A stretch of DNA of 61,662 nt, counting the filler, from Hausera hauseri (taxonomy: Eukaryota), in the NCBI GenBank assembly GCA_046269625.1. It is 12 parts of 12 records of this genome, joined end to end, with 100 filler letters (N's around TTAATTAATTAA, not from the genome) between each part and the next. Parts side by side here need not be neighbours in the genome. Positions count along the whole stretch, not along the records: positions 47,067 to 51,446 come from JBJURY010609443.1; positions 51,547 to 57,041 come from JBJURY010242516.1; positions 57,142 to 61,662 come from JBJURY010542453.1; 9 more parts are not named here. One strand, written 5' to 3'. The stretch's first letter is position 1, and every line of letters begins with the position of its first letter. Shown here in pieces: positions 50,334 through 61,662 of the stretch. The notes under the pieces were generated by a model. That model was not told where the DNA came from and ran no database searches. It saw nothing but the letters and a program-made list of their open reading frames with translations. Position numbers and translations under genes: made by a program.

Positions 50334-51446
50334 ATGACCGCTCTTGCTGCGCCGCATCCCTTATCCTTGTCTGTTTCTCTCAATAACATAAATCTCTGCA
50401 CTCTCAGTGCCACAAACCAAGAGACTTTACATTGTCTTCACAGACATTTGGCCCTCATGATTCACATCTCGGATTTTTATTTATCATATCACGGCTTAAT
50501 ACTTCATATCTATGATCAATTTTCTGCATTTTCCTCCAAAATTATCCACCTCACTCTTCATCTTCGTATTCGTGGTGGATCATATCCTGACCCTTCTGCC
50601 GAAAATTTAACCAAAACCAAATCTGTTTGTCGTCCTGCCGACCCCACACCAACTACATCTCCAAATCTCCTTTTCACGGATTTTTTCTAGACAAAACGAA
50701 TGCTAGTGGTACTTGGTCGCACTTTCATTTGCAATGTCTTAAAGCCAATCATATCACAGACCCCTTTTTGCGGGCGAACAGTTTCCAGCTAACATCAAGC
50801 AGAAAATCAACAATCTTGCTGACATACTTACTTCTTCAAGTTCATATAATATGCCTCATGAATCAGTTCTACATATCACCGACCCTTCCATTGACAGCAT
50901 AATTCAAAAATGCTTAAATGAGCATGCCAGTGGAAATCAAAAACTATCGGGCTTCCTGAAAACTGCAATCTCTCAATTAAGTTCCTTAGGCGTCACTCCT
51001 ATAAACAATGCCGATCTTCTTTGTTGGTATTTTCTTTCATCTTTGATAACCTCCATCAGGGAGCTGATCATTGTAGTAGATGACTCTACTGCCCTTGAAA
51101 AGCTCGCCTTATTGGCAAACAAATGTTTTCATATTTTGCAGTCTAATAGTCCACAACAAGTAGCTGCAGCAACCGCTCACGCACCTTCACACACCTACAA
51201 CACTTCATTCTCACAACAATTGCAATTGATGCAGCGACAGTTTGAAGAGTTACAGCAGTCGATTCTAGCCATTACTATCCAACTAAATAATCTTAATAGG
51301 CCTCGAGAAAGCGAAACCAGACCTCTAAGGGAGAGAAGCATTTTCAGATACTGCTCGATCCATTTCACCTGGCGGACGCATGACTTGTTTTTATCACACG
51401 CGATTTCGAAGGGATACTAGGAAGTGTTTTTTGGGTTGTCGGTTCT
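50334..51446 (+). mobile_element. Gypsy 5' part: UBL-gag (same lineage), truncated by the contig end
   Basis: MTAL...DFYLSYHGLIL...IHLTLHLRIRGG| (82 aa, GG ends 50579), then Gag TDPSIDSIIQ...LSSLGVTP..NADLL..YFLSSL...LEKLALLANK and the knuckle CFYHTRF...KCFLGCRF. Confidence 0.9.
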
Positions 51447-51599
51447 NNNNNNNNNNNNNNNNNNNNNNNNNNNNNNNNNNNNNNNNNNNNTTAATTAATT
51501 AANNNNNNNNNNNNNNNNNNNNNNNNNNNNNNNNNNNNNNNNNNNNTTTGGACTTATTTCAATTATGATGGAAAATAAAGCCGACGAACTTCATGATTT

Positions 51600-51804
51600 C
51601 GATCCTCCGACTTTGCCGAGCAAAGTCTTCTTTACTGTGATCAACATTTTATCTGCAATATGTGTGTAGCCGACATTCTCAGTGCCTTATTTATTTTACC
51701 ACTGACTCTTCTGCAGAGCATCTTCAATGGTATGGTTGTTATTCATTGTTCAATTATAATCAATAATAGTATTTTGTACTGTTGGATTTATTTTTATTGG
51801 GCAC
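51600..51804 (+). pseudogene. Possible class A GPCR fragment (TM2-like), cut by an LTR terminus
   Basis: ILSAICVADILSALFILPLTLL resembles the TM2 motif LAxADL...P. Confidence 0.4.
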
Positions 51805-51825
51805 TGTGGTGCCGCGGACTCGGGC
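51805..51825 (+). repeat. LTR 5' terminus, second variant
   Basis: TGTGGTGCCGCGGACTCGGGC, near-identical to the post-PPT sequence at 34902. Confidence 0.6.
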
Positions 51826-52039
51826 CGGAAAAGCCGATTTGTCAAGAAAAATAATTCTTCAGACTAAATGTATTATTAGGTCATTAATCGATTGTTTTGG
51901 TATCAACTTTACGTCATTCTAAAAGTTAATGACACGAAAACGACATATAATTTAACGGGATCAAGCAAATTTATTCTCAAAGAAATTCTGGTCAACAATG
52001 ATAAATGGCATAGAACAACTCTATTACGAGAGGACTCAA

Positions 52040-52671
52040 AAAATAAGTAGAATTCTGGGCAACCAGATCAACGACAATGGTATCAAACTCATACCATCCA
52101 AAGTTACCACAATAACAAATTATAAAACACCCGATACAACCAAACAACTTAAACGATTCTGTGGCATAGTAAATTTCTACAATCGATTTATTCCACATGC
52201 GGCAGCAATAATGAGTCAACTTTACGAACTATCGAAGAAAAGAACAACGAAACTGATATGGTCATCCGAGGGAAGCGAAGCTTTCGAAAATACCAAACAA
52301 GCACTAATTAGGGTCTCGGAACGAACGACCTTCAACGAAAAGGCACCAATAATACTACGAACGGATGAGTCCGGAACAGCCATCGGGGCAATAATCGAGC
52401 AAAATGGGCGACCGATATCATTCTTCAGCAGACAATTATCATTGTGTCAAACGAAATATAGCACTTATGACCGAGAGTTGTTAGCTATTTACAAAGCTTG
52501 TGAACACTTTCGACATTTTCTAGTAGCGACTACAACCAAAATATATATTGATCACAGACCGTTGACCCACAAACATCAAAGGGAACCGTTGAACCGCCAG
52601 TGGAGACACTTGCAATATATCTCCAAATTCGACTGTAAAATAGAATACTATTCGGAACCCGATAATGCTGT
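52040..52671 (+). mobile_element. Fragment of a different Gypsy family (RT thumb/connection and RNase H)
   Basis: ILGNQINDNGI...LKRFCGIVNFYNRFIP...RTDESGTAIGA...YSTYDRELLAI...DHRPL...DNAV, cut off by the terminus at 52672. Confidence 0.9.
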
Positions 52672-52785
52672 TGTGGTGCCCACAGCGGCCGGTGCCCTTT
52701 GGCTTATGTGGTCGGGCACGGCCGGGCTTTCGTTGTCGCCGCGTCGGTCCCATAGTTGGTCCCGATCTTTCGCCTCAAAAATTTC
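52672..52785 (+). repeat. LTR 5' terminus inserted into the RNase H of another Gypsy
   Basis: TGTGGTGCCCACAGCGGCCGGTGCCCTTTGG is identical to the start at 22716. No PPT upstream; it interrupts the DNAV|ADxLSR motif. Confidence 0.88.
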
Positions 52786-54789
52786 TGATTCTCGCTCAAA
52801 TAGACCTCAGACACAGGAGTAATATCAAACTACTTAAGGTTGCCAATTTTTCCATATCATTCATCAACGTCAGTCAATCTCAGCTCAAATGTTTTACAGT
52901 AAAAAACATCAAATATCGTCACCAACGGATTCTCCAATTCTTCTCCATCCCCAATTCAGATTACCGCTCAGATTCAGTCATCAATGACTCATCAACTTCT
53001 CATTAGCAATTCTCAGCCGGTGCTCTTCATAAATGGATCTCTCCAGCCATTTTAAATCCATCTATTGATTAGACTAACAAAACAATTACTTCTACAGCAA
53101 ACCTTCCAAATGTGAAAAACGAATTTGTCAACATTACTGAATCAGATAAAGACAAATCTCAAAATCGAGAAGATAAAACCCTTTCGAATACAAAGGATTC
53201 CACGGTAGATTTCGTCGATCAACTCTGGCCCGCAGGTATACTTCATCCAGACTTTTCCGACATTACTAAAATATCGACATTCTACAGGGATTTAATCATT
53301 AAGAATGTTGCGACAGTCGAAAAATGTCATTCAACGAATAGTTTATTAAATCAACTTTATGTTTACAGCTGTCAAAATTTTGTTGCTAGTCTCCATGAAC
53401 TATGCTGGATAACATTGGGTAGATGTTGCTCTTTTTGGTTCGAGTCTATATTGCAAAAAATGGCCAATGTGTATTTTGGACTACTTGTTCTCGGATTTAG
53501 GGTCTCACCCAAATTTCAAACTCACATCATTGATAATAACCTTTTATAATTCCATTTGTTTCATGCTGCCCAACGCAATATGCTCCAGACGTTATCTATC
53601 CCACCGTAATTCCACTGATACAATATTTGTTTCAGAAATGAAATGACCAATGGCAAAAGATAAATAGTGACACATATTCTTCCGAGCTTAAGTGTGATTT
53701 TGATATTGAAGAGGAAGAAAATGATAAAAATGCACCGTGTAATGAAATCATTGAAGAGCAGTGTGGTGCCACGGTCGCAGGCAGCTTGGCCACTCACCCG
53801 GATGCTGGTTGTCAATGTAATGTTGCTGATTATAAAAAGCAACCGTTTCGTTTGAAATATCGATCTCAACCACTTTCCAGAAAAGAAGTTTCCACCACTA
53901 TTTGTTATCAACATACACAGTCATTGCATCCGTCTGTCAATAATTGTGATGGCAAATTAATAGAAGAAGGAAACGAAGGAAGTAATGATAAATGAATAAT
54001 GAATAAAGTTGAGGATATTCAGTTCATCAGTTGCTGATTTACAAATATGAATTTATCCAGAGTTTAAAGAATAAATTACGTCACCTCACACTTCTTCAAT
54101 ATTCCCTTCCGGCTCGTAGAAGTATTTGTCAACTACTATTCCTTTCCATCCTGGAATTTCGTCTGCCGACATCCAACATTTACAAATATTTAATAAAATC
54201 CTACTAGCGATTCTCCAGGAGAATTAGAAACTAGACAACATTCTAACTGATTATATATTAAATGTTTTTACTCCATCCGTTGATGAAAATAATTGCTACA
54301 TTCAATCTACAAATTGGATCAACGAACAAATCTTAGCAGTTTAAAATTTGTCGATTTTGTCTCTCATCTCTCTTCTTTGGTCATTTTATCTCATTTTATT
54401 TTAATTAGTCTACGTTGATCTCATTAACTGTATCTACATTTTATTTTATTCTTTCTGATTATGTGTAACACTTTGATTTCGACAATCGTTATTTTTGCGT
54501 TCGTTATTTTCTGATTTTGTGTTTGTTTTTGTATGATTGTTCTAATTGTTGTGTGTGTTAAGCTGTGCAATTTGTACATATATATAAAGACATGTGTGTA
54601 AATAGAAAAATGCTTCATGGTAGCAAGAAAATTGATTATGTAAATAGATTAACAATTTAAAATGTTGAACTAAAAATAAAAGAACATTTTTTATCGTTGT
54701 CTTACTTTTGGATTTATTTCTTTTACGGGAATAAAATTGGTGTCAAAAAAGAAAGTGATTTAAATTTGCAGTTTTAATTACATTTTAAA

Positions 54790-55050
54790 ATGTCGAGCAA
54801 CATTTCTAGCGATAATAAAAGTGAAGCAGTTGAAAACAATTTTGAAGGGAAATCTATCTCAGTTATCAAAATTATTCTCCCTAATGACGAATCATTGGAT
54901 TTGCAGGTTGATTCCTTGGAACTCGTGCAAGAAATACATTTTATTTTAACCGACCGAGAAGAAACTTGCCATCGCACATGTTTTTCATTGCGTATTAGTG
55001 GCAAAATTTTCGACAATTTTGCAGAGTTAAAGTTAATACCTGAACTTAAG
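54790..55050 (+). pseudogene. CLUH: Clustered mitochondria protein (CLU_N domain) 5' fragment fused to unrelated sequence
   Basis: LDLQVDSLELVQEIHFILTDREETCHRTCFSLRISGKIFDNFAELK is the CLU_N signature; similarity ends abruptly at about 55050. Confidence 0.88.
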
Positions 55051-57141
55051 CTGGAATTATCTACAAACGTTGACGAAAATCATCAAGGCCTTGTACCGAA
55101 AATTCGTCTTCGTCTAAGACCTCAAATTGATAAATCACCAAATGCTATTGAAACTAATTGTAATGACGTTTAGCAAAAGGGAGCTATTTCAGACGAAAAT
55201 TATGTTTCACCAAAATGCGGAACTTTATCAATTTCTGATGTCGAATTTAAACCGTATCAATTATGTAAGAAAGTCAACTACGACGTGATATCTGTTGATG
55301 ATAATCCAGTTATCCATAGTATAAATCTTCGTTCTCGACCTCATCGATTAGAAACATGTCAAAGACATTTTCCAGATAAAATAAATCGGAATTCTAAATT
55401 GTTGAGTCGAAAACTGTCATCGGAACTTAGTAATAATACAAAAGGGCCCCTCAAAACCGTCTGTAATAAAACATTTAAATCCTTCATCTTGAAATCATCA
55501 AGTGATTGGACTCAAACAAATTTATCTCATTCGAGTATCAAACGGATTGAGCAGTGTAACAAGCGTACATTTAATAAACCTCGTAATGAAATCTTATCAA
55601 GTATCAATTTTAAATAATGTACAAAAACAGAATCATTGGAATCAGTCATCGGGGATAATTGCATTAACGTCATCGACAATGTGAATTAAGATTCCATTGT
55701 TTTAGGTATTACAGATGCTCAACAGGAGCCTAATAAATCAGAGAACGTTAAACAAAAACGAAATAGAAAAAGAAGAACAAATGTTGATGACTGTAAAATT
55801 GCTCCCGTAAAGCGTTCAGATCGATATACCTCTGGCAAGAGACCGTCACGGTTGGACTCTGAATCTTCGTCAAAGCTTGTCGAAGGCATTGCTGTTGACA
55901 AAGCGACAATTTATAACAAAATAGAGCAGTTAAAGTCTGATGATAATATTCCTGGTGATTTGTACGTCATTACTGAATATCCCCAAGAAGATGGACACTT
56001 TATTACAATTACTGATCCATCAGGTGATACTATCTTTGAACGATTAGGTAGCATTGGAGACAAAATTCAAATTGAGATTATGGGCAATTCGATGAATTAT
56101 GAAATTGAGGGTCTTGATGTTGATGGAACTTGTCGACAGACCCGTGCGTACTTTCAGAATTCTGATACGTTCAAGTCTAACGAAGCGTTCGATGGTCAGG
56201 CGGTCCAATATATGATGGCAGCCTATAGGATTGGGCCGAACGCGGAACAATCTAATGGTGGCGGTAATGAAGAACAATATGACGTAGTTGAAAGAACCGT
56301 GCAAATCGATTCACGGAATACACAATTGGCATCATTAACCGAACAACCTCACAACCCACTATAGAATTAATCGGCAGTTATCCGCTGCCAAAAGAACCCA
56401 ATATTTGCGTGATATTTACGCTATGATTAAATGGGATCATGAATGGTAAGCACTGAGTCCCAAAAACAACCTGCAAAGCATTACAAGCCCAAATGAATTG
56501 AATTCTCAACACCGCAAGCAATTTCACCCATATTCTTTAATACGAATTGTGGAACCCAAAAAGAATAATAATATCCAAATTACAGTGTCAAATGAAGAAG
56601 AAATTATACATCCTAAATTAAGTTAAGTCACTTATGGATTTCAAGCGACCCACAAAAGTGAAAATAGATTTCAAGGAACACCGATCGAAAAGCCCAAATT
56701 AAAGAACCCATCTTCAGAAAAGAAAATGAATTCAATATTTGGATTTCTGAAGAATAAAGAAAAAGAATCGTCCCAAATTGAGCAAGTCAGAAAACATCCT
56801 ACCGAAAATATACCAAAGAAACTTATGGAAGTGAACGTTTTTAAAAAGGAAAAGAAGATAAGAAAATAACAGCAATGGCAAATCTAGAAGACACAAAAGA
56901 ATATCCCAGTATCCTAATAATGACAGAATATGCGAGTCATGGGAAGATCAAAGAAGCGGTATTTTATATCTATACAGTGCCAGTACTAGAAATACATGAA
57001 AATGCATATACTCGGATTGACCATAAGTTTCTTTGGTATATNNNNNNNNNNNNNNNNNNNNNNNNNNNNNNNNNNNNNNNNNNNNTTAATTAATTAANNN
57101 NNNNNNNNNNNNNNNNNNNNNNNNNNNNNNNNNNNNNNNNN

Positions 57142-57225
57142 TCACAACAATATTGTTTCAATCGAGTACCATTTGGCCTCGGGTACTTTTCAGCGACTGA
57201 TGAATACACTGTTCGAAGACTTATT
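57142..57225 (+). mobile_element. Short Gypsy RT fragment
   Basis: QYCFNRVPFGL..TFQRLMNTLF. Confidence 0.6.
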
Positions 57226-58924
57226 TATTGGATTATCTTCTGAATGGTATATTTTCTTATGACGAATTTAAATTCGAATAATATAAAAAACGTAACCAGA
57301 TTTGCCGGGAGTTTTATCCACTCCATCAACGGTTTTGGAACTCCCGACGCAACTAAAAAATGCCGTCAAGGGGGATTTTGTATCGGAACACATTTTGTAA
57401 TGAATGGAAATTTCCAGTCAAACAACTTCGAAGAAAGAAAATATATTGAAACCAAAAATTTTAATAAAAGCTGAATAAAATGGTGCGACAGAATCAATAA
57501 TAGAAGAAACCAATGTTTTTAACTAGTGTCTGACAATTTTGTTTTTTGTTTCCCAAAATTTTGTATGTACAAGCAATGCAAAATTTTATACATCTATATG
57601 TTCATAAAAGGTTAGGCAAACCCGGCCCTTGTTTGATACGACTCCCGGCAATCAATTTATTTAGACGATTATATTAACATTATTTTAAAAATCGTTCATT
57701 GTACAATAGAGGCCTCTCTCACAACCACCAATACGCAAAAGATATTTCATACTAAAATTGCATATGATAAAACGAAAGGGCATGCTTCGAACAGTTAAAA
57801 AATTAAAAGTGATAACAGACACAAACACTTGAAGGAAAATAACTCAAAGGTAAAGAAAATGATAGGTCTCTTCGAGATTTATTGATGCAAACTGGTACAT
57901 GAAACGTTTTTTGAGTAGGCGTAGTTTGGTCGACCAAAATAAAACCCATTTAGACTATCGGAATGGGCGGGAGTTTGGGTAAAATTTGATTGATCCATTT
58001 GACGCATGATGTTCTGATTAGACGATGTACCGTTATTGGAATAGACAGAATTTATTTCTCTGAAATGACTAAATAAAGCAGGGTTTTCGCAGTTCATAAG
58101 ACTAGAATTATCTGAATATGCGGATGAAACACTTCTCTCGACTGGTACGTTTAAAGGTTTCTTACTGGAAAGGCGGTTAATTGCATGAGGCAAAACGTGT
58201 AACTGTGTTAAGTTAATTGGGCGATAAAATGAAACGTTGGAATTCATATTAATATTCTCACAGTCATTATTGAACAATGAAATAAGAACATGTCCATTGA
58301 TTGAATGAGTAGCAGCAGTAGGAAATTAGACCGGATAGTTTCCTCTAGATGAATAGACTGGATTGACAGGAAACGCTGACTTTGAGGAGAACTGAAAGCA
58401 ACCAAAACTTTCATTCATATCAAGAGGAATCGGACTTTGTGAATCACAATTCGGATGTTTCATTAGTGAATTATCAGGCACCGGTTGTTGCTGTTGCGAC
58501 ATACTGTCACAATTATTAGATACCAACATCGTCGAAGGATCAATTTCGTTGGCTGAGGTGACTTCATTATTATCACTGTTTTCAACTTTGTTAATGGTTT
58601 GGACAACATTAGCACCATGTCCACTTACCTTAGCAGCAACGTGACCAGTTTTTGATATTAAATCAACGATTTGTTTCAAGACGCGACATAATTGAGATTA
58701 GTCAAGTAATAGGTTAAGGAAATTTAATCTACTGTCCACACTTTCCTGTAATTCGTCTGTAAAATTTTGAATATTCGTCCTTTCATTGTTTAAAAACTAC
58801 TCGTTTTTGTTCAGAGCAAATAGCGGACGCAATCTATTTCGCTAAATTATAAAGACTATCTTGAATACTTTTTGGTGCTTTACTTTTTAGAGCAAAGACC
58901 ACATTAGTATAGTAATGCTGCCAG

Positions 58925-59017
58925 AGGATCCAACTATGGATCCGACGCGACGGCAACGGACGCCCGGCTGTGACCAACCAAATGGGTCAAAGGGCGCTGG
59001 CCGCTGTGGGCACCACA
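58925..59017 (-). repeat. LTR 5' terminus (minus strand)
   Basis: Reverse complement TGTGGTGCCCACAGCGGCCAGCGCCCTTTGACCCATTTGGTTGG...GCGTCGGATCCATAG; about 95 bp shared with the other copies. Confidence 0.88.
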
Positions 59018-59649
59018 AGTTCATTTGATTGATACAATTTCATGCGTTTAGAAAAACAGACATATTCTGCTTCTATCTGCTGCTTAAATACAATCGTTTC
59101 TGACTTGTTATTATTCATAACTTCATAGGCTTGAATGGCAATATCTACATATTTTCGCAATTTTCAAAGTATCTATATCATTCCTTGGTCATATTTTTAA
59201 CTTTTTTCGTATGAAATTTCATCGATTGCTAATTGAGTTGAAATTTTTTTGATAATGTTAGAAGATAGACTTTTGTATATATTTCTGTTTCTTTAACGGT
59301 TGTCCTCTGTTCTGGGTCTGACAGATCCTTTTTAAATTTTGGCAGCAAAAATTTGTATGGTAGGATTGCCTGAGAGCGATGAAATTTTATGACTTCTTAA
59401 ATAACTGTCTTTATGCTTTCCTAAAATATAGTGTAGGTATCTGCAATTTAAGACACTTCTGTGGGAAATTCATGTTTGTCTATTGTCTGGGTCTGTCGAA
59501 TCCTTGAGGATTTTCATATATTTATTCATTTTTTGGAAAAATTCAGCCACCGTATGTCAGTATAAATAAAGAGACACATTCACGAACTCAGAGCGATACA
59601 GTTAACAGAAGTTGAATTACACAAATAGAGAACAAATTTCAAATGGCAG

Positions 59650-61375
59650 CAGTGTGGACAGGATTTCTTGAACAAGCTACTCACGTATCAGCTCTATGCA
59701 CGAAGGAGAAGGGTCGCTTGCATCGCGGACAAGCCCAAGATGTCTTTCTATCTTTAGAACGTGTGCAGTATGTACATCGATCTGTTTTCTCAAGCTTAAT
59801 TGACTTACTGTCATCCAGAAGTGTTGACAACATCATGTTCCAACAAGTTCCTTGCTAGCTTCGTACTCTCCTTTTGTCAACAGTCCTCAGTGCGACGCTT
59901 GATCTTCTGGTCAACAAGCTGATAGCCCGCATTCTTCAGAAACTCATAATGGGCTTCTTTTGGCCTGACACTGTGGTTACTCCGATCACTGAAGATGACA
60001 CATCCATTTTTCGCTGCTATATCAATGAGGTTGTAGAAAATGGCATAAGGCCAGCGTCTGCATTTTCTTTTGCATGAGTATCCACGGACACGATTATCAA
60101 ATATATCCACACCAAATTTCATGCGACTGTATTCCAATACTGGGACACACTTTCCATTTTCTTGGGGAACAGGCACCGTCCGGTGCAATGTGTCTATCAA
60201 CAGTACAGGTTTTATCCCCTTATCCCAGAAAGATATAAAACAGATTCCTTGGTCATTGTAATAGATTCAAGCGTCCATTCTTGCGCAGTTTATGGTTGAT
60301 CTGGCAAGGCGAGGAACTCCGCAGCTATTTCGACGCAATGTTCCAATGTAAGAGGTTTCCTAGATCTTTAACTCTTCGGCGAATTCAACAGAAGAAAACC
60401 ACTTATCGCCATTAAGGTGTTTACCCACGTTCAGATAGGGTTGCATCAAGTGCAGTGTCGTTTTCTCCTGGTGAAAGAGAGGCTTTCCCGATATAGATCA
60501 CAGCTTTGAGAACATAATAGTATTGAGCATCACACAGCCATATCAAATTAATTCCAAACTTACCAGGCTTGGTGCCGATATATTGTTTGAAAAGAACTCG
60601 CCCGTAGAACTCTAACAGCTCTTCGTTGATTGTCAACCACTCACTGGGCACATAGACTCTGGAAGCTTTTTGATAAATGCGCTCGTAATTTCTCTCACTG
60701 GTGCCAAAGGGTCTTGTTTGTCCCGTCTTTATGGGTTGTCAAATCGCATAGCTGATTTTATCTGCAGAAAGCGTTCCATTGACATTGTGGCATACAAACA
60801 GGAATTCCATCTCTTGTAGACCACATGTCTTCCAAATTTCGATACTACGCTCTAAATGCCCCTTTGACTATTAGGAGGCCAACAAAAGCTTCCACTTCCG
60901 CAAAATCCACCGTCTTCCAAACCTTGCGTTTACTTGGATTTTCATTATTCCATTTAAGAACCTGTCATTTTCCTTGTCAATTGGTATAATACATGACATC
61001 TTCAAGAATAATGTCCAAAAAGCTTCTCTTTCAGTTGGGGAATTAACCAAATTTCGTAGACCAGAACGGAAGTTCACGACATTTTTGTGGCTGTGCGACC
61101 TGGATTTGGTGGATGAGACGTGTACCAGATGCGTCCAGAAGCTGAAGTAAGATTTTCATTGGAAGGCGGGATGAGTTCATCATCCTCATCACTTTCATCA
61201 GAGTCAGAGCTAATTTCTATGGCAGGCAAACAGTCAACATCCAAGATATCATCGGGAGATGATGATGCTTCACTTTCTGTGGAATTGTCGGACATCTCGC
61301 TGGCATTTGATGAAGCATCATCATTTATCATCTTCGCTTTCGGATGAATCAGATTTTTCAAACACATAACCAATC
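59650..61375 (-). mobile_element. piggyBac-like transposase pseudogene
   Basis: Acidic N-terminus; TMSMERFLQIKSAMRFD; LTINEELLEFYGRVLFKQYIGTKPGKFGI; GDKWFSS; YIGTLRRN; MKFGVDIFD...YSCKRKCRRWPYAIFYNLIDIA; C-terminal Cys-rich remnant. No TTAA-flanked TIRs identified. Confidence 0.92.
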
Positions 61376-61662
61376 ATTTCATTAACGGAATTTCTGCATT
61401 TGGTTTTTGGACGAGTGCTGCAGTTAACCTTCTCAACGCATCTTCTCTTGCGTTGATGGCCGACCATCACAAATTGACCTAAAATAAAGACAGTTTAGTA
61501 ATTTCATATAGATAATATTCGCAAGTACCAATTAACTTCTTTAGTAGGGGGAAGTGAGCACACCGCACCAACCCCCCCCAGGATCGATAATCAATATTGT
61601 ATGGGAAATTTATATGGGGAAATTTAAAAATCAATAATTGATTTTGAAAATCAATATATTGA

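Noticed and set aside
56875-57041. Protein kinase fragment (LIMTEYASHG)
   Set aside because: A single hinge-like motif at a contig end, with no other kinase motifs.
22716-59017. Dispersed TGTGGTGCC repeats as a CRISPR-like or integron-like cassette array
   Set aside because: Copies lie on separate contigs and both strands with no regular spacing; their position right after PPTs identifies them as LTR starts. No cas or tyrosine recombinase gene seen.
61400-61662. piggyBac terminal inverted repeat, or a PPT at GGGGGAAG
   Set aside because: No matching TTAA-CCC...GGG-TTAA pair and no LTR terminus following.

Overview
This is not a contiguous locus. It is 12 short contigs (about 4-7 kb) joined by an artificial 100-bp spacer (44 N + TTAATTAATTAA + 44 N). 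The DNA is eukaryotic (animal-like), AT-rich and mostly decayed. It contains five pieces of one Ty3/Gypsy LTR-retrotransposon lineage, two Polinton/Maverick-type pPolB pseudogenes, a piggyBac transposase pseudogene, a long broken env-like ORF ending in a chuvirus-type glycoprotein, and one LINE/SINE-rich contig. It also holds many apparently intronless, frameshifted and often chimeric host-gene fragments (XMAP215, eIF5, Nup98, SLC3A, FBXO30/40, RSF1, ELAPOR, ankyrin, CLUH). The Gypsy lineage is the most unusual element, for three reasons. (1) In all four visible 5' ends, Gag begins with a diverged ubiquitin-like domain ending in RIRGG / RLR-GG / CLLGG, a candidate deubiquitinase-cleaved leader. 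(2) Integrase carries a hypervariable Ser/Thr/Pro tail capped by a conserved peptide with an RVxF (PP1-docking-type) motif. (3) The LTR starts with a short conserved GC-rich terminus (TGTGGTGCC...) followed by different host-gene-like cargo in each copy. All family assignments come from motif recognition by eye; no searches were run.
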